From an uncultured delta proteobacterium (lineage in GTDB: Bacteria; Myxococcota_A; Polyangia; Polyangiales; JAFGIB01), in the NCBI GenBank assembly GCA_963778655.1, contig CAVZVA010000005.1, positions 128,001-192,000 of the forward strand: DNA of 64,000 nt, written 5' to 3'. A program made the translations under genes and the position numbers. The notes below the pieces were generated by a model. That model was not told the origin of the DNA, did not search any database, and worked only from the letters and a program-made list of their open reading frames with translations. This document shows, in pieces, positions 8,529 to 17,425 of this stretch; the stretch's first letter is position 1, and the number at the start of each line of letters is the position of its first letter.

Positions 8529-10559
8529 ATGACGCAAGACGCGGCAGTCTGCCAGCATTGCGGCGCGCCCTTACGCGGGGACTCGTACTTCTGCGGTGGG
8601 TGCGGTAAGCCCGTCGCGGCTTCGGAGCAGGGGCAGCCCGCCCGCAAGCACACCATGCTCGGCGTGATCCCGGGGGCGTTCGCGCCCGCGCCGCCTGCGC
8701 CGCCCGCCGCGGCCGAGCCGGCGCCGGCCGAGCCGGCGGCGCCCGCCGCGGACACGGCGAGCGAGGCCCCGCCGCCCGGGCCCGTACAGCCGGGCGAGCG
8801 CACCACCGACGTCGGGCTTTCGGGGCCGCCCAAGGGCGCGGTCGGCCGCACCATGCTCGGTCTGCCGCAACGCGGTCTGGGCGAGCCCGACACCCTGCAC
8901 GGCGCGGCCCCGCCTCCCGCGGAAGGCGGCGCGAAGAAGACGCCCGCCAAGACCATGCTGGGGCTTGCGGGCGCCGCGCCCCCGCCCGGCGCGCCAGCGC
9001 CGGCCGAGACCCCGGCCGCGGGGCCGGCCGCGCGCGGCGCGCACACCATGCTGGGCACGCCCGGTCTGCAGGCGCCGCCGCGCCCCGGTGCCGAGGCCCC
9101 GGCCGCGGGGCCGGCCGCGCGCGGCGCGCACACCATGCTGGGCACGCCCGGTCTGCAGGCGCCGTCCCCGCCGGGAGAACCGCAGCCCGCGCCCGCCGCC
9201 GAGCCGGCGCCGCGCAAGACCGATCCGGCGCGCACCGTGCTCGGCCTGGACGACTCGGCCGAGCCGGCCGAGACCGTGATGAAGACGCAGCGCGCTTCGC
9301 GCGAGGCGCCGGCGCCTCGCGCGTCCGCGCCCTCGCAGTCGGGGGGGCGCGCGTCTGCGTCCTCTGTCGCCGGCATGCGGCGCGGGCCGGCGCCGGCCGC
9401 GGTCGCGCTGGCGACGCTGTCGCTGCTGGCCGCGCTCGGGCTCGGTTACATGGCGCTGCGCGGTCACGGGCCGGACGTGCACGTTCGGGTGGTGACCGAC
9501 AAGGACGGCGAGTCGATGTTATTCGAGGTGCCGGCGGCCGCCGCCGGCGCGAAGCTGCGCTTCGGCGGGCTGGAGAAGCCGCTGCAGGCGGGCCGCGCCA
9601 GCTTCGCGCTCGCGCCCGATTCGCTGCGCGTGGGCAAGAACGCCGTGCTCTACGACGTGGTCGCGCCGGACGGCTCGATCCAGTCGGGCAAGGTCACGCT
9701 TTCGGTCGATTCGCGGGTGACGCTCGACACCGCGCCGTTGCGCGCGGGCAAGGCGGTGGTCGACGTGGTGGTGGCGGCGCTGCCGGGGAGCAAGGTGTGG
9801 CTCGACGGGCAGCCGGTGACGCTCGACGCGCAGGGCCGGGCCGTGCGCAGCGATCCGCTGCAGCTCGCCGCCGGCGCCGGCACCGCCGAGCACGTGGTGA
9901 AGTACCGCGTAGAGCCGCCCTCGGGCGAGCCCGCGGTGGGCGAGCTGCGCGCCACGATTGCGGTGACCATGATGCAGATCGATCGCCCCGGCGCGCAGAC
10001 CGTGACCGATCACGACACGATCGAGATTGCGGGCGCGGCCGACAAAGACGGGCACGTGACCGTGGACGGCCAGCCGGTCGAGCTGAGCGCGGGACGCTTC
10101 CTCGATCACTACGCGCTGCCGCACACCGGCGACTATGCGATCGAGGTGGTGGCGATGGCGCCGGGCAAGGCGCCGCGCAGCGTCACGCTGCAGGTGCAGC
10201 GGGTGGAGAGCCTGGTCAAAGCGGCAGAAGCCTTCGAAGTGGACCGCAGCCTGACCTACGCCAAGATCGCCCAGAACCCCACCATTTACCGCGGCCAGCA
10301 CGTCTCGCTCGAGGGGCGCATCTACAACGCCAGCGTGGAGGGCGGCCATAGCTCGCTGCAGGTGCTGGTGCGGCAGTGCCCGAGCGGCGACCGCTGCCCG
10401 CTCTGGATCAGCTATCCCGGGGCCAGCGAGCTCACCGTCGACGACTGGGTGCGCGTGCTGGGCACCGTGGCAGGCGAGCAGCAATTCCGCGCCGAGAGCG
10501 GCGAGGTCAAGAGCGTTCCCAAGGTGGAGGCGGTATTCCTGCTTCCCGCCAAACCTTGA
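8529..10559 (+). CDS. Zinc-ribbon, Pro-rich, single-TM protein with extracytoplasmic Ig-like and OB-like domains
   Basis: CQHC...CGGC zinc ribbon, repeated TMLG motifs, TM segment ALATLSLLAALGLGYMAL, C-terminal PTIYRGQHVSLEG...VRVLG. Confidence 0.8.
   Translation: MTQDAAVCQHCGAPLRGDSYFCGGCGKPVAASEQGQPARKHTMLGVIPGAFAPAPPAPPAAAEPAPAEPAAPAADTASEAPPPGPVQPGERTTDVGLSGPPKGAVGRTMLGLPQRGLGEPDTLHGAAPPPAEGGAKKTPAKTMLGLAGAAPPPGAPAPAETPAAGPAARGAHTMLGTPGLQAPPRPGAEAPAAGPAARGAHTMLGTPGLQAPSPPGEPQPAPAAEPAPRKTDPARTVLGLDDSAEPAETVMKTQRASREAPAPRASAPSQSGGRASASSVAGMRRGPAPAAVALATLSLLAALGLGYMALRGHGPDVHVRVVTDKDGESMLFEVPAAAAGAKLRFGGLEKPLQAGRASFALAPDSLRVGKNAVLYDVVAPDGSIQSGKVTLSVDSRVTLDTAPLRAGKAVVDVVVAALPGSKVWLDGQPVTLDAQGRAVRSDPLQLAAGAGTAEHVVKYRVEPPSGEPAVGELRATIAVTMMQIDRPGAQTVTDHDTIEIAGAADKDGHVTVDGQPVELSAGRFLDHYALPHTGDYAIEVVAMAPGKAPRSVTLQVQRVESLVKAAEAFEVDRSLTYAKIAQNPTIYRGQHVSLEGRIYNASVEGGHSSLQVLVRQCPSGDRCPLWISYPGASELTVDDWVRVLGTVAGEQQFRAESGEVKSVPKVEAVFLLPAKP
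9010..9164 (+). repeat. Intragenic direct repeat of about 68 bp, two copies 87 bp apart
   Basis: ccccggccgcggggccggccgcgcgcggcgcgcacaccatgctgggcacgcccggtctgcaggcgccg at ~9010 and ~9097, encoding PAAGPAARGAHTMLGTPGLQAP twice. Confidence 0.85.
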
Positions 10560-10579
10560 TCACGGCCGCGTCGGGTTTT

Positions 10580-11803
10580 GTGAACGGGAGCGGCACGCGC
10601 CCCTCCCGCCCTGTCGGCGGAGCCGCCCTCCTCTCGAGAGCAACTCGGCAATCGTGGGCTTCGGGGCTCCATCGAGCTCTGATCGCGGGGACGTTCGTGT
10701 GCTGGGTGGGCGCGGTTCACGCGGAGCCGGTGCCGATCGGGCGCTACGCCGAGGTCCATGTCGGCGTCAGCCAGCGCAACCCGTACGCCACCTCCGGTGG
10801 TGACGCGCGGCGCAGCGGGCGTTCTCGCGCGCGCGCGCCGGCCTCCGCGCCGCGGCGGCGCTGGGGAGTGACGCTGGCGCAGGCGCGCCTGCTGCCGCCT
10901 GCGGTGCTGGCCGACGGTACCCTGATCGTCGGTGGCGCGGGGGGCGTGCAGGCGCTCGATCCGGACAGCGGCGCGGAACGCTGGTTTGCGCACGTGGGCG
11001 CGGTTCGCTTCACCCCGTCGATCACGCCCGACGGCTGGCTGGTGGTGGTCGCCGCCAATCAGCTCGTGCTGCTCAGCCCCGCGGGATCATCGCGGGTGCT
11101 GGCCGCTGATCTGCGCATCACCGGCGTGCCCTTGCTGCTGGACTCGGGCAGCATGGTCGTGCCCGGGCCGGCCGGCCAAGTGCAGCTGCTGGGCGCCGAC
11201 GGCACGCCGTTGTCGACCTTCGCGACCGCTGCGCAACAGCCCGTGCTGCGCTTCACCGCCTGGGTGGGCGGCGATCTGGTGGTGCTGGCCGGGCCCAGCG
11301 CCGAGGTTTCGGTGCTGTCGTTGCGCGACGGCGCCGATCGCACGCTGCGGCTCGCGGAGCGGGTGCAGACCAGCCCGCTGGTGGGCGACGGCCAGACGCT
11401 GTGGCTGGTGGGGGAGCGCGGCACGCTGTGGGAGATGGGGCCGGACGGCGGCTTGCACGCGAGCGTGGAGCTGGGGCAGGGCGGCGCAACCGACGATCCG
11501 GCGCTGGGTTGGGACGGCGCCCTGCGCGTCGGGCTGCGCTACGGCGAGATCGTGTGCATGGAGCCCGGCGGTCATGAGCTTTGGCGCAGGGGCGTGGACG
11601 GACCGCCGGGGCCGATGCTGGTCGACGCCGACGACACGCTGCTGTTCGTCGGCCCCAGGGGCGTGCTCTACGCGATCGATCGCGAGGGCGAGCTGCGCTG
11701 GCGGCAGGCGCTGGGCGTGCGCGGGGCCGGCCGTCCGGTGCTGGGCAGCGACGGCACCATCTACGTGGTCTCGCGCGGCGGACGGATCGAGGCATGGCGC
11801 TGA
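10580..11803 (+). CDS. PQQ-binding-like beta-propeller protein
   Basis: Repeated ALDPDSGAERW, YAIDREGELRW and PVLGSDGTIYV blades. Start uncertain (GTG at 10580). Confidence 0.8.
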   Translation: MNGSGTRPSRPVGGAALLSRATRQSWASGLHRALIAGTFVCWVGAVHAEPVPIGRYAEVHVGVSQRNPYATSGGDARRSGRSRARAPASAPRRRWGVTLAQARLLPPAVLADGTLIVGGAGGVQALDPDSGAERWFAHVGAVRFTPSITPDGWLVVVAANQLVLLSPAGSSRVLAADLRITGVPLLLDSGSMVVPGPAGQVQLLGADGTPLSTFATAAQQPVLRFTAWVGGDLVVLAGPSAEVSVLSLRDGADRTLRLAERVQTSPLVGDGQTLWLVGERGTLWEMGPDGGLHASVELGQGGATDDPALGWDGALRVGLRYGEIVCMEPGGHELWRRGVDGPPGPMLVDADDTLLFVGPRGVLYAIDREGELRWRQALGVRGAGRPVLGSDGTIYVVSRGGRIEAWR

Positions 11804-12861
11804 GCAGCCGCCCGGCGAGCCACGGCTTCGACGCCTGCGAGCTCGACTACGACCTGCCCGAAGAGCGCATCGCGCAGGCGCCGCTGCCCGAGCGCGACGG
11901 GGCGCGCCTGCTGTGCCTGCCGCGCGCTGGGGGCGGGCTGCACCACCGCCACGTGCGCGAGCTGCCCGAGCTGCTGCAGCAGGCGCTGCTGGTGCTCAAC
12001 GACACCCGCGTGCTGCCGGCGCGCTTGCTCGGGCGTAAGGCCAGCGGCGGGCGCTTCGAGCTGCTGCTGTGCGAGCGGTTCTCGCCGCCGGGCCGGGTGG
12101 AGCGCTGGCTGGCGCTGGGCAAAGGGTTGCGCGAGGGCCAGGCCGTAACGCTGGCCGGCGGCGTGCTGCAGGCCGTGGTGTGCGCCCGTCACCAGGCCGG
12201 CTTCGAGGTCGAGCTCACGGCCGAGCGCGACGTGGGCGAAGCGCTCGCGCGCGTGGGCACGCTGCCCTTGCCGCCGTACATCCGCCGCGCGCCGGACGCG
12301 CGCGACGCCGAGCGCTACCAGACCGTGTTCGCTGCCCATGCGGGCGCGGTGGCGGCGCCCACCGCGGGCTTGCACCTGAGCCAGCCGCTGCTGCAGCGCT
12401 TGCGCGAGCGCGGCCACGAGCTCGCGTACGTCACGCTGCACGTTGGCCCCGGCACCTTCGCACCGCTGCGCGCGAGCGAGCTGAGCCGGCACCCCATGCA
12501 TGAGGAGCGCTACCTGGTGCCGGAGGCCACCGCCGCGGCCGTGGCGCGGGCGCGCGCGCAGGGTCGGGCCGTGCTGGCGGTGGGCACGACCGTGGTGCGC
12601 ACGCTGGAGGCTGCGGCCGACGCCTCCGGGGTGGTGCAGCCGGGCGCGGGGGCGACCGCGCTGTTCATCTATCCGCCGTACCGCTTCGCGGTGGTGGACG
12701 CGCTGATGACGAACTTTCACCTGCCGCGCTCGACCCTGCTCGCCCTGGTGATGGCCTTTGGCGGGGTGCAGCCGGTGCGCGACGCGTACCGCGCGGCGGT
12801 GGATTCAGGCTACCGTTTCTACAGCTACGGCGACGCCATGCTGATCGGCGGCCAGCGGTGA
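11794..12861 (+). CDS. queA: S-adenosylmethionine:tRNA ribosyltransferase-isomerase
   Basis: YDLPEERIAQ, NDTRV, PLPPYI, YQTVFA, AAPTAGLH, TNFHLPRSTL and FYSYGDAM motifs. Confidence 0.96.
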   Translation: MALSSRPASHGFDACELDYDLPEERIAQAPLPERDGARLLCLPRAGGGLHHRHVRELPELLQQALLVLNDTRVLPARLLGRKASGGRFELLLCERFSPPGRVERWLALGKGLREGQAVTLAGGVLQAVVCARHQAGFEVELTAERDVGEALARVGTLPLPPYIRRAPDARDAERYQTVFAAHAGAVAAPTAGLHLSQPLLQRLRERGHELAYVTLHVGPGTFAPLRASELSRHPMHEERYLVPEATAAAVARARAQGRAVLAVGTTVVRTLEAAADASGVVQPGAGATALFIYPPYRFAVVDALMTNFHLPRSTLLALVMAFGGVQPVRDAYRAAVDSGYRFYSYGDAMLIGGQR

Positions 12862-12869
12862 TTTCATGA

Positions 12870-12940
12870 AACAGGAAGGCGGGAAGACGGGAAGAACCCA
12901 TGTTGGACTCAACCCTTCCCGACTTCCCGTCTTGCTGCGA
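12870..12940. repeat. 9-nt-periodic palindromic intergenic repeat, copy 1
   Basis: aacaggaaggcgggaagacgggaag ... cttcccgacttcccgtcttgctg between queA and tgt. Confidence 0.85.
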
Positions 12941-12957
12941 TTCTGAAAGACGCAGCG

Positions 12958-14109
12958 ATGGGTCCTGCGCAGGCAATCAGCTTCGAGCTTCAAGGCGAGG
13001 ACGGCGCCGCGCGCGCCGCGCGCCTGGTCACGACCAACGCCGTGGTGGAGACACCGGTGTTCATGCCGGTGGGCACTCAGGCTACGGTCAAGTCGCAGGC
13101 GCCCGAGGAGGTGGCGGCGACTGGCGCGCGCCTGATGCTCGCCAACACCTATCACCTGATGTTGCGCCCCGGCGCGGAGCTGATCGCCGAGCTGGGCGGC
13201 GTCCGGCGCTTCATGGGCTGGCCGCACGCGGTGCTCACCGACAGCGGTGGCTACCAGGTGTTCTCGCTCTCCAAGCTGCGCGAGATCGACGACGACGGGG
13301 TGGTGTTTCGCTCGCATCTGGACGGCAGCAAGCACGCGCTCGGCCCCGAGCGCGCGATGCAGGTGCAGGCCCTGCTGGGCTCGGACATCGCGATGGCGCT
13401 AGACGAATGCCCGCCCGGCGGCGCGCCTGCGGCCGAGATCGAGCGCGCGCTGCGCCGCACCACGGCCTGGGCCGTGCGCTGTCTGCGGGCGCCGCGGCCG
13501 GCCGGGCAGGCCTGCTTCGGCATCGTGCAGGGCGGCACCAGCGAGGCGCTGCGGCTCGCGCATCTCAGCGAGATCGCCGGGATGGAGTTCGACGGCATCG
13601 CGCTGGGCGGCTTTTCGGTGGGCGAGCCGATCGGGGAGATGTACCGGCTGCTGTCCGTGCTCGGGCCCAAGCTGCCGCGCGAGCGACCGCGCTACTTGAT
13701 GGGTGTCGGCACGCCGACCGACCTCCTGCGCGCGGTCGGCTGCGGGATCGACATGTTCGACTGCGTGCTGCCCACACGCAACGCGCGTAACGGCCAGGCG
13801 CTGACCTGGGGCGGTCGCGTCAACCTCAAGCAACACCGACACAGAGCGGACCCCGCACCGCTCGACGCGCGTTGTCAGTGTCCGGTGTGCAACCGCTACA
13901 GCCGCGCCTACCTGCGACACCTGATCCAGGCCGGAGAGATGCTCGGACCGCGGCTGCTCACGCAGCACAACCTGTGGTTCTACGGGGAGCTGATGCGCGA
14001 AGCCCGGCGCGCGATCCTCGAGCACCGGTACGCGGCGTTCGCACGCGAAACCGAGGCGCGCATGCAGGCGCTGGACGAAGTCGGCGCGCTCGCTCCCGAA
14101 CGCGTCTGA
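12958..14109 (+). CDS. tgt: tRNA-guanine transglycosylase (bacterial preQ1 type)
   Basis: TPVFMPVGT, ANTYHL, TDSGGYQ, LDECP, GIVQGG, GGFSVGE, DMFDCV and Zn site CQCPVC...H. Confidence 0.97.
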   Translation: MGPAQAISFELQGEDGAARAARLVTTNAVVETPVFMPVGTQATVKSQAPEEVAATGARLMLANTYHLMLRPGAELIAELGGVRRFMGWPHAVLTDSGGYQVFSLSKLREIDDDGVVFRSHLDGSKHALGPERAMQVQALLGSDIAMALDECPPGGAPAAEIERALRRTTAWAVRCLRAPRPAGQACFGIVQGGTSEALRLAHLSEIAGMEFDGIALGGFSVGEPIGEMYRLLSVLGPKLPRERPRYLMGVGTPTDLLRAVGCGIDMFDCVLPTRNARNGQALTWGGRVNLKQHRHRADPAPLDARCQCPVCNRYSRAYLRHLIQAGEMLGPRLLTQHNLWFYGELMREARRAILEHRYAAFARETEARMQALDEVGALAPERV

Positions 14110-14122
14110 ACCGCGGCCCGCA

Positions 14123-14513
14123 TTCACCGCCCGGTCAGCTCGCTCCCCCCGGAGCGCCCGGCGCCGTCCTCGCCACAGCTCATTGCACAAGATCGTCGAC
14201 GCTTATCCCGGCCTGCCAAGACCTTGGGCCATGGTGGGTTCCGAAGCCGAGACGTGGGAACGCGCTCGTCTCCGGAATGCCGTCGTGGGTCTGGGTTGGG
14301 TGAAGGGTCTCAGCACGCCTGGGATCAGAGTCTAGATTTGTGCAATGAGCTCTGGTGGGGTGGCACCTCCAACTACAAAGACACCGTACTGACCTCATAC
14401 TGGCGCGCCCGTTCCCCAGGGTCCTTGGGAATGGCTGGGCATTTCCTTGGCGGTGGAAGAACCCGAACGGTCAGCCCGAAACCCCGGGCTGGCTGAAGCA
14501 GACCTGAGCTTCA
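14123..14513. ncRNA. Candidate structured non-coding element (long rod hairpin plus small hairpins), family unknown
   Basis: 14177-14190 pairs perfectly with 14338-14351, with nested inner stems. Further hairpins at 14469-14494 and 14494-14513. No credible ORF. Confidence 0.45.
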
Positions 14514-14569
14514 TCCGCAGGCAAGGCCGCCTTACACCGTACGCAAAGGGCTGGCCGCCGGCCTGCGCG

Positions 14570-15208
14570 CTACCTCTTGGCGGGGCCCTGGCCCGGCGCC
14601 AGCGCGCGCAGCTCGCCGCGCGTCAAATAGTTGAGCAGTGCGTCGTGCATCCGCTGCACCTGGCCGGCGTCGAGGAATGGCACGACCTCGCCGCGCGTGT
14701 AGCTCATCAGGTTTCCCGGCGTGTGGCTGTGCTTGGGGTTGCCCAGGAAGTGACCGAGCTCGTGCGCAAGCACGTCGGGTCCGGCGATCGACGACAGGAT
14801 CACGAAATGCACGCCGGCGTAACTGCGCGAGTGCCAGTGGACGCCGCGCCGCATCTGCGACGGATCGTCGACGTCGCGCAGCGATCGCACCACAAAGCAA
14901 TCGATCACGCCGTGGCGCGCTTCGGCGCCGAGCGCGTCGCGGTCTTCGCGCGTCTCGAGCACCGCGTGCTCCGCGCCAAGAGGCACCCGCCCTGCGGCGG
15001 CGAAGGCGACCCCATAGGGCGCGAAGATGCGGTTGGCCTCCGTCAGCCGGCGTTGGAGGAAGCCCGGCTCCACCACCGCGTGGCCCTGGACCTCGGCGAC
15101 GTGAAATACGATCGGGAGCACGACAGGGCTCGGCGCCGCGGCGCCGGCACTCCCGTTCGGGAGCAAGACGGCGGCGATCAGGGCGAGCGAGCCGCAGCGA
15201 CCGTGCAC
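14570..15208 (-). CDS. Secreted metzincin-type zinc metalloprotease (matrixin/M43-like)
   Basis: Signal peptide, HELGHFLGNPKH zinc motif and NLMSY Met-turn. Confidence 0.8.
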   Translation of the reverse strand: MHGRCGSLALIAAVLLPNGSAGAAAPSPVVLPIVFHVAEVQGHAVVEPGFLQRRLTEANRIFAPYGVAFAAAGRVPLGAEHAVLETREDRDALGAEARHGVIDCFVVRSLRDVDDPSQMRRGVHWHSRSYAGVHFVILSSIAGPDVLAHELGHFLGNPKHSHTPGNLMSYTRGEVVPFLDAGQVQRMHDALLNYLTRGELRALAPGQGPAKR

Positions 15209-15262
15209 ACCTCGATCCTAGCCAAAATCGCGGCACGCAGCAGCCGCCGCATTCGGCGCCCG

Positions 15263-17425
15263 CTACGGCTGGCGCGCGCGCTCCGTCACCAGGCGCACCA
15301 GGCGCGCGATCCGCGCATCCACCGCGAGCTGCTCGAGCGAGAGGCTCGAGCGACGCGACCAGTTCGGCTGCTCCGGGAGCGTGGCGGCGGGCAGGTTCAG
15401 GCCGTCACGTTCGAGCGTGAGGTCGTCGAGCGCGAGCCCGATCAATCTCGATTCCGCCCCGGCCAGCAAGACGTAGACCGCCTCGGTCAGCGCCTCGATC
15501 GACGGGTCCTCGGGCTGCGCCGGTAGCAGGCCTTCGGCGCGCAGCAGCGAAAGCAGCCCGGCCTTGGCTTGCTCGCGCTGGGCCAGCGCGCGTGCCAGCG
15601 CCTCGTCGCTCTCGATGTTTCCGGCGCGGCGCCGCAGCAGGAGGTCGCGCCCCTGAAAGAAGCCGGCGAGCGTGGGCAGATCGTGGGTGCCCACGGTGGC
15701 GAAGGCGGCGCGCGCGTAGTCTCGCGGATGCCGCAGCACACTCGCGCTCTCGTGCTCGAAGTACAGCACCTGCGAGCGCAGCATGGCGCTTTCGCGCATG
15801 CGTTCGCGCAGGCCATCTGGCACCACGCCGAGGTCCTCGCCCACCACCAGCGCGCCGGCACGCCGGCTCTCGAGCGCGAGCACGCCGGCCAGATCCTCGA
15901 ACGGGAAGCGCACATAGGCGCCCTCGCTCGCAGGCGCGCCCTCCGGCACCCAGAACTGGCGCAGCAGCCCCATCACGTGGTCGATGCGCAACGCGCCTAC
16001 GTGGCGAAAGGCTTGGCGCAGCAGCGCGCTCAGCGCGCGATAGCGATCGGCGTGCAGCGCCAGCGGGTTGAAGGGGATCAGGCCCCAGTTCTGACCGCGG
16101 TCCGAGTACGCGTCGGGCGGCGCCCCGATCTGGACCCCGCGCGCGTAAAGCGACGGTCGCGCCCACACGTCGGCCGAGGCGGGTGCGTCGCCTAGCGCCA
16201 GATCGCCGTACAGCCCGATCGACATGCCGCAGCCACGGGCGGCACGCCGGCAGGCGCGCAGCTGGTGCTCGAGCTCGAACTGCAAGTAGGCGTGGAAGTC
16301 GACCGCGTCGGCGTGCTCGTGCGCGAACGCGGCGACCGCGGGCCGGCGCGGGTCGCGCAACGGCTCGGGCCACGCGCGGTAGTCCGAGCAGCGCGGGTCG
16401 TCGGCCGACAGCGCGTCGCGCAACGCGCAGAAGGTCGCGAAGACGCGCAGCGCCTCGCCTTCGCGGCTGCGATACGCGGCGTAGGCGCGGCCGAGCTCGC
16501 TGCTCTTGCCGCGGTGGTGCAGCGCGAACGCGCGGTAGGCGGCCTCGAGCGCGCGCCGCTTGGCTTCGAGCACTCGCGGGTAGTCGACGTGCGGCGGTGC
16601 GCTCGGCTGGGCGGCGCCCAGAGCCGCGGTCAGCGCGCGTGCTTCTTGCGCGGTCACGCCGGCGCGCTCGAGGACCGCCATGACGTCGAGGTAGAGCGGC
16701 TCCCGGTACAGCCGGCTCATGGGGTAGTACGGGTTGACCTCGCCTGCGCTGCAGAAGGTCGCGTGCAGCGGGTTGATCCCGACCAGCTCCAGGCCCGCGT
16801 CTCCGGCCCATCGCACCAGCGCGTTCAAGTCGCCGAGATCGCCGATGCCCCAGCTGTGGCGGCTGCGCAGGCTATAGACGTGCCCCCAGGCGCCGGGTGC
16901 GCGGCGCTCGCCGATCAGCTCCTCCAAGCGCAGGCAGGTCGAGGGCGCCACGATCAGCGTTTGGTCGAGCTCGCGCGTCTCGCCGTCGCGCTCCAGCCTG
17001 CAGCGCAGCCCGTGATAGCCGAAGCTCAGCTCGGTTGCGCCCGGCATCGGCAGCAGCAGGCTCTCTCCCTCGGCCTCGGCGGTGCCCGACAGCGCGTGGC
17101 TCGCGCCTTCCTCGAGCGTGAGCTCGAGCGTGTAACCGAGCCTGCCCCGCATGCCCTCGGGCAGGCGCAGCGACACTTTGGTCAGCTGCGGGGATCCCGC
17201 GCGGACCACGTGCACCGCGGGCAACGGGCGCAGCGCGGCCTCGGCCTGCAGCGCCTGCCGGGCTGCTTGCGCCAGCTGCTCGCTCGACGCGTCGATGCCG
17301 AGCGCGTGCAGCAGCGCCTCGCAGGTCGCGTCGGGGGCGACACGCTCGGTCCCGTCGTAGCCGAGGTACGCGCGCGCGACGCCGCAGGCCTCGGCCAGCG
17401 CGTGCAGCGCCGGGCGATCCGTCAT
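15263..17425 (-). CDS. malQ: 4-alpha-glucanotransferase (GH77)
   Basis: SWGIGDLGDL, GAPPD, GQNWG, LRIDHVMG, GEDLG and THD motifs. Confidence 0.95.
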   Translation of the reverse strand: MTDRPALHALAEACGVARAYLGYDGTERVAPDATCEALLHALGIDASSEQLAQAARQALQAEAALRPLPAVHVVRAGSPQLTKVSLRLPEGMRGRLGYTLELTLEEGASHALSGTAEAEGESLLLPMPGATELSFGYHGLRCRLERDGETRELDQTLIVAPSTCLRLEELIGERRAPGAWGHVYSLRSRHSWGIGDLGDLNALVRWAGDAGLELVGINPLHATFCSAGEVNPYYPMSRLYREPLYLDVMAVLERAGVTAQEARALTAALGAAQPSAPPHVDYPRVLEAKRRALEAAYRAFALHHRGKSSELGRAYAAYRSREGEALRVFATFCALRDALSADDPRCSDYRAWPEPLRDPRRPAVAAFAHEHADAVDFHAYLQFELEHQLRACRRAARGCGMSIGLYGDLALGDAPASADVWARPSLYARGVQIGAPPDAYSDRGQNWGLIPFNPLALHADRYRALSALLRQAFRHVGALRIDHVMGLLRQFWVPEGAPASEGAYVRFPFEDLAGVLALESRRAGALVVGEDLGVVPDGLRERMRESAMLRSQVLYFEHESASVLRHPRDYARAAFATVGTHDLPTLAGFFQGRDLLLRRRAGNIESDEALARALAQREQAKAGLLSLLRAEGLLPAQPEDPSIEALTEAVYVLLAGAESRLIGLALDDLTLERDGLNLPAATLPEQPNWSRRSSLSLEQLAVDARIARLVRLVTERARQP

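Noticed and set aside
14224..14496. 90 aa ORF in the structured spacer
   Set aside because: TTG start, atypical codon usage for this genome, no motifs, and it overlaps strong secondary structure.
14123..14513. Assignment as 6S RNA, SRP RNA, RNase P RNA, tmRNA or tRNA
   Set aside because: I found no SRP GGAAGGAAGCAGC loop, no RNase P GAGGAAAGTCC, no T-loop GTTCGA and no large symmetric 6S bubble. The minus-strand CCACCA near 14353 has no tRNA-like arm. This was judged by eye only.
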